Origin: a virus
Lineage: Duplodnaviria; Caudoviricetes
IMG/VR virus record: IMGVR_UViG_3300021962_000275
Location: 1 to 37,540 of that record
DNA: 37,540 nucleotides
Reading direction: 5' to 3' (one strand)
Shown: piece after piece, positions 34,074-37,540 of the stretch
Position numbering within the stretch: the first letter of the stretch is position 1
Layout of the letters: the number at the start of each line of letters is the position of its first letter
Translations under genes and position numbers: made by a program
The notes under the pieces: model-generated
Databases searched by the model: none
Seen by the model: only the letters and a program-made list of their open reading frames with translations
What the model was told of the DNA's origin: nothing

Positions 34074-34379
34074 ATGCAACTCACAAAAGCTGTTAATCTT
34101 TATCCGAAACCACACGTTGGCAAAACCCTGCAAGAAATTGCTGTATCTACCAGCGCCGTACAACTCAGCGCCTTTGATCTCCAGACGCATTACGTTTTGG
34201 TTGAGGTCAAAAACGCGAGCGTATACTGCACGACTGATGGCAGCACTCCTAGCGCAACGAATGGTCACTCGCTCGCTGCTGGATATCGTGATTTCTGGAG
34301 CCGCCAACGCGCTCAGGCTGCTAAATTCATTCAGAACAGCGGCGCCGCTCGCGTTGTCGCTTCTCCGTTTACGGACTAA
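34074..34379 (+). CDS. small beta-rich virion protein (101 aa)
   Basis: TTDGSTPSATNGH motif; structural module context. Confidence 0.65.
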   Translation: MQLTKAVNLYPKPHVGKTLQEIAVSTSAVQLSAFDLQTHYVLVEVKNASVYCTTDGSTPSATNGHSLAAGYRDFWSRQRAQAAKFIQNSGAARVVASPFTD

Positions 34380-34382
34380 TCA

Positions 34383-34499
34383 ATGCGTGCGCTGTTAAAT
34401 CGGCTGCGCAAAGTTCACCAACTGTTGGCCTACCTCAATCTCGAGGAGTCCAACAGGCAAATCTTGTTGGAAGATGGCGGGCGAATCATCGTTGAATGA
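34383..34499 (+). CDS. 38-aa peptide ending in LLEDGGRIIVE
   Basis: MRALLNRLRKVHQLLAYLNLEESNRQILLEDGGRIIVE*; fills the gap and is ATGA-coupled to the fibre gene; absent from the ORF track. Confidence 0.7.
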   Translation: MRALLNRLRKVHQLLAYLNLEESNRQILLEDGGRIIVE

Positions 34500-37021
34500 G
34501 TGTTGATAAAAAAATCTCTCAGCTACCAGTAGCCACAACCGTAAACACCACGGATTACACCGTCATGGTGGACGGTAACACCTCGACCAACAAGAGGGCC
34601 ACGGTTGCCCAGATTTTTGCTGCTGCCGGCGGCGGCACGGTTACATCCATTGGCATTACTGGCACGGATGGGATTACTGTAACCGACAGCCCGATCACGT
34701 CGTCTGGATCCATCACCTTGGCGCTTGGCTCAATCACGCCAGATGCCGTCACGGCTGTCGGCGCGGTCAGCGGATCCAATCTGAGCGGCACGAATACCGG
34801 CGACCAGACGATCACGCTGTCATCCGACGTTGCTGGATCTGGCACGTCGTCGATCACGACCACGATCCAGCCTGGCGTAGTCACGAATGCGAAGCTGGCC
34901 AACATGACCGGCCCAACGGTCAAGGGTCGCTCAAGTGGTACCGGCGCCCCGAGTGACTTGGACATGTCCACGCTCAATGGCATGCTGCCAGACATGGTGG
35001 GCGACTCTGGATCCGGTGGCACGCATGGTCTAGTGCCGGCGCCAACGTCAGGATCTGCCGCCGCCAAGAAATTTCTTCGCGCAGACGCTACATGGGTCGC
35101 GCCTGATGCGAACGATCTTCTGCCAAGCCAGGCCGGCAATTCTGGTAAGGTACTTCAAACCAATGGATCGACCACGTCATGGGCTGCGGCCGGCGTGGGA
35201 TCTGTGACGAGCGTCTCCGTGACCACTGCAAATGGCGTGAGCGGCACCGTAGCCAACTCGACCACGACGCCGGCCATCAGCCTGACGCTCGGCGCCATCA
35301 CACCGTCATCCGTCGCTGCAACCGGCACGGTAACCGGCACGAATATCTCAGGAACTAACACTGGCGACCAGACGATCTCGATTTCTGGCGACGTTACCGC
35401 GGCAGGATCTACCGGGGCGCTAACTGCTACGGTCACTAAGATCAACGGCACATCACTGGCCGGCCTTGGCACTGGTATCTTAAAAAATACAACCGGCACA
35501 GGCGTGCCATCCATTGCGGTTGCAGCCGATTTTCCAACGCTTAACCAGAATACCACTGGCACGGCTTCAAATGTCACAGGAACAGTCGCAGTGGCAAATG
35601 GCGGCACTGGTTCGACAACGGCATCTGGAGCCAGAACAAACCTTGGGCTGGTGATCGGAACAGACGTGTTGGCACCTAACGGATCTGCAGCCAACCTTAC
35701 CAGCTTTCCAACATTCAATCAGAACACGACTGGAACTGCCAGCAACGTGACTGGCACAGTTGCAATTGCCAATGGTGGCACCGGCGCCACGACGGCATCT
35801 GATGCGCGTACCAATCTTGGCCTTGGAAGTGCAGCACTTCTTACTGCTGGAGCGGCAAATGGCGCCGCAACTCTTGGATCCGACAGCAAACTCACAGCTT
35901 CACAGATTCCAGACATCTCCATTGTCACCTACTTGGGATCGGTGGCATCTGAGGCGGCGATGCTTGCGCTTACCGGCCAGCAGGGCGACTGGTGCATCCG
36001 TACTGATCTCGGCACGACGTGGATCATCACCGGATCAACTCCTTCGCTGCTGACGAGCTGGACGCAACTGAGCTATCCAACGGCGCCGGTCACGTCGGTA
36101 TTCACGCGCACTGGAGCGGTAGTTTCGGCCAACGGTGACTACACCGCATCACAGATCACTAACGTGCCGTCTGGCACGATCTCAAGCACAACGGTGCAAG
36201 ATGCGATCAATGAGTTATCGTCAGACGTTGCGGCTGCGCAGAATGTACTCGACGCATACGTCACCAACGCTGAGTCGGTAGCTATTACCAAGGGACAGGT
36301 CGTCTATGCTTTTGGCGCCACCGGCAATCGGATGAGCGTAAAGCTGGCCAACAATAGCAGCGATGCCACCAGCGCAAAGACTGTGGGTGTGGTATTGGAT
36401 TCTTCAATTGGTGCCAACAATTCTGGCTACATTCGCATGGTTGGCGTCGTCGATGGACTCAATCTTGGCAGCTTTACGGATGGCGATACGCTCTATCTTG
36501 GGGCCACGGCGGGATCTGTTACTAGCACAAAACCGTATGCGCCAAATCATTTAGTTTACGTTGGCATCGTCGAGCGGGCCAACAACGGCAACGGCCAACT
36601 CTACGTCCGTGTCCAGAATGGCTACGAACTTGACGAGATCCACGACGTGCAGATCACCAGCGCACCTGCGGCCGGCGCACTGCTGGTGCGTGATGCGACC
36701 AACAGTCTCTGGAAGGCGGCGCGGCTTACGGCCGGCACTGGCGTCAGCATCACGAACGCTGACGCATCGGTCACCGTAGCAGTTGCAGCGTCTGGCGCTA
36801 CGGCCGGCACATACGGCAGCACCACCACGACATTGACTATCGTCGTAGACTCTACAGGACGCATTACAAGCGTGACATCTAACACAATTCCAACCTACGT
36901 TGGCGACAGCGGATCAGGTGGAACCAAAGGATTCGTCCCAGCCGCGGCTGCTGGAGATGGAGCCAATAAAAAAGCACTACTGGCCGACGGGACTTGGGGC
37001 TACCCTAAACTAATCCTCTAA
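34496..37021 (+). CDS. long Thr/Ser/Gly-rich fibre protein (tail or head fibre)
   Basis: 841 aa; KKISQLP start; repeated ANGGTG..TA..ARTNLGL, SGTNTGDQTI and VGDSGSGGT.G.VPA modules. Confidence 0.85.
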   Translation: MSVDKKISQLPVATTVNTTDYTVMVDGNTSTNKRATVAQIFAAAGGGTVTSIGITGTDGITVTDSPITSSGSITLALGSITPDAVTAVGAVSGSNLSGTNTGDQTITLSSDVAGSGTSSITTTIQPGVVTNAKLANMTGPTVKGRSSGTGAPSDLDMSTLNGMLPDMVGDSGSGGTHGLVPAPTSGSAAAKKFLRADATWVAPDANDLLPSQAGNSGKVLQTNGSTTSWAAAGVGSVTSVSVTTANGVSGTVANSTTTPAISLTLGAITPSSVAATGTVTGTNISGTNTGDQTISISGDVTAAGSTGALTATVTKINGTSLAGLGTGILKNTTGTGVPSIAVAADFPTLNQNTTGTASNVTGTVAVANGGTGSTTASGARTNLGLVIGTDVLAPNGSAANLTSFPTFNQNTTGTASNVTGTVAIANGGTGATTASDARTNLGLGSAALLTAGAANGAATLGSDSKLTASQIPDISIVTYLGSVASEAAMLALTGQQGDWCIRTDLGTTWIITGSTPSLLTSWTQLSYPTAPVTSVFTRTGAVVSANGDYTASQITNVPSGTISSTTVQDAINELSSDVAAAQNVLDAYVTNAESVAITKGQVVYAFGATGNRMSVKLANNSSDATSAKTVGVVLDSSIGANNSGYIRMVGVVDGLNLGSFTDGDTLYLGATAGSVTSTKPYAPNHLVYVGIVERANNGNGQLYVRVQNGYELDEIHDVQITSAPAAGALLVRDATNSLWKAARLTAGTGVSITNADASVTVAVAASGATAGTYGSTTTTLTIVVDSTGRITSVTSNTIPTYVGDSGSGGTKGFVPAAAAGDGANKKALLADGTWGYPKLIL

Positions 37022-37031
37022 ACCTACTCAC

Positions 37032-37540
37032 ATGGCACAAATTCAAAAAGGCACGACCTACAGCACCGGCGACCAAGTAACCGCGACCAATCTCAACGCA
37101 CTGGCCGACGCGGCAATTTTGCTGCCTGGCGCCATCACCGATCAGACCGCGAAGACTGTACCGCTCGCCGCGGACACCGTACTGATCCACAGCGCCGCGG
37201 ACACCGCACTGCGCAAATCGACGCTGACGCAGTTGTTCGCTTCACCACAACCTATCGGCGCGACTACGGCTAACACAGGCGCGTTTACGACGTTGAGCGC
37301 GAGTGGAACGACAACTATTGGGACTAACGCAGCGGCTGGTCGCCTTATTATAAATGGCCCATCAACCGCTTCAACAGGTGCAACTTTAACTGGTCAATTT
37401 GCTGGAACGGATAAATTTATTATTGGCACTCAAAATGCAATTTATGGCGGAACAAGTGCTAATCTAATTATTCGCAGCATTTCGGATAATGTTTTAATCG
37501 GCGCGGCAGGAACAGAGATGGCTACATTCTCCTCCACCGG
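37032..37540 (+). CDS. 5' part of tail fibre protein (runs off window)
   Basis: ATG 37032, MAQIQKGTTYSTGDQVTATNLNAL...IGATTANTGAFTTLSAS..., open to the end of the window. Confidence 0.8.
   Translation, partial: MAQIQKGTTYSTGDQVTATNLNALADAAILLPGAITDQTAKTVPLAADTVLIHSAADTALRKSTLTQLFASPQPIGATTANTGAFTTLSASGTTTIGTNAAAGRLIINGPSTASTGATLTGQFAGTDKFIIGTQNAIYGGTSANLIIRSISDNVLIGAAGTEMATFSST

Noticed and set aside
1-37540. Prophage / lysogeny module or alternative genetic code
   Set aside because: No integrase, CI-like repressor or host genes recognised; genes tile densely under the standard code with TAA, TGA and TAG all used as stops

Overview
Near-complete genome (about 37.5 kb, opened inside a tail-fibre gene) of a tailed dsDNA bacteriophage with a podovirus-like gene set: no tape measure, sheath or tail tube is recognisable, and three ejection-type proteins follow a nozzle gene. 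Order on +: fibre C-terminus, nozzle, three ejection proteins (2548-11328), holin-like genes, metallophosphoesterase, secreted lysin, RuvC-like resolvase, RecT/RecE-like recombination module, SSB-like gene, C5 DNA methyltransferase, SF2 helicase and primase-helicase. A block of small minus-strand genes (21993-24102) follows, then TerS, tRNA-Thr(TGT), TerL, portal, scaffold, major capsid, adaptor and fibres. No integrase or DNA polymerase is recognisable. Most notable: (1) a tRNA-like RNA whose anticodon loop is replaced by a long stem-loop, inside a structured RNA cluster next to tRNA-Thr; (2) a C5 methyltransferase apparently split over two overlapping reading frames; (3) a 1574-aa ejection protein carrying an AT-rich HhH-glycosylase-like cassette between duplicated modules; (4) a 20 x 11-aa Gln/Asn repeat ejection protein with a Cys-initiated C-terminal domain; (5) apparent synonymous enrichment of GGATC. 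All protein calls come from motif recognition by eye and gene order, not from database searches.
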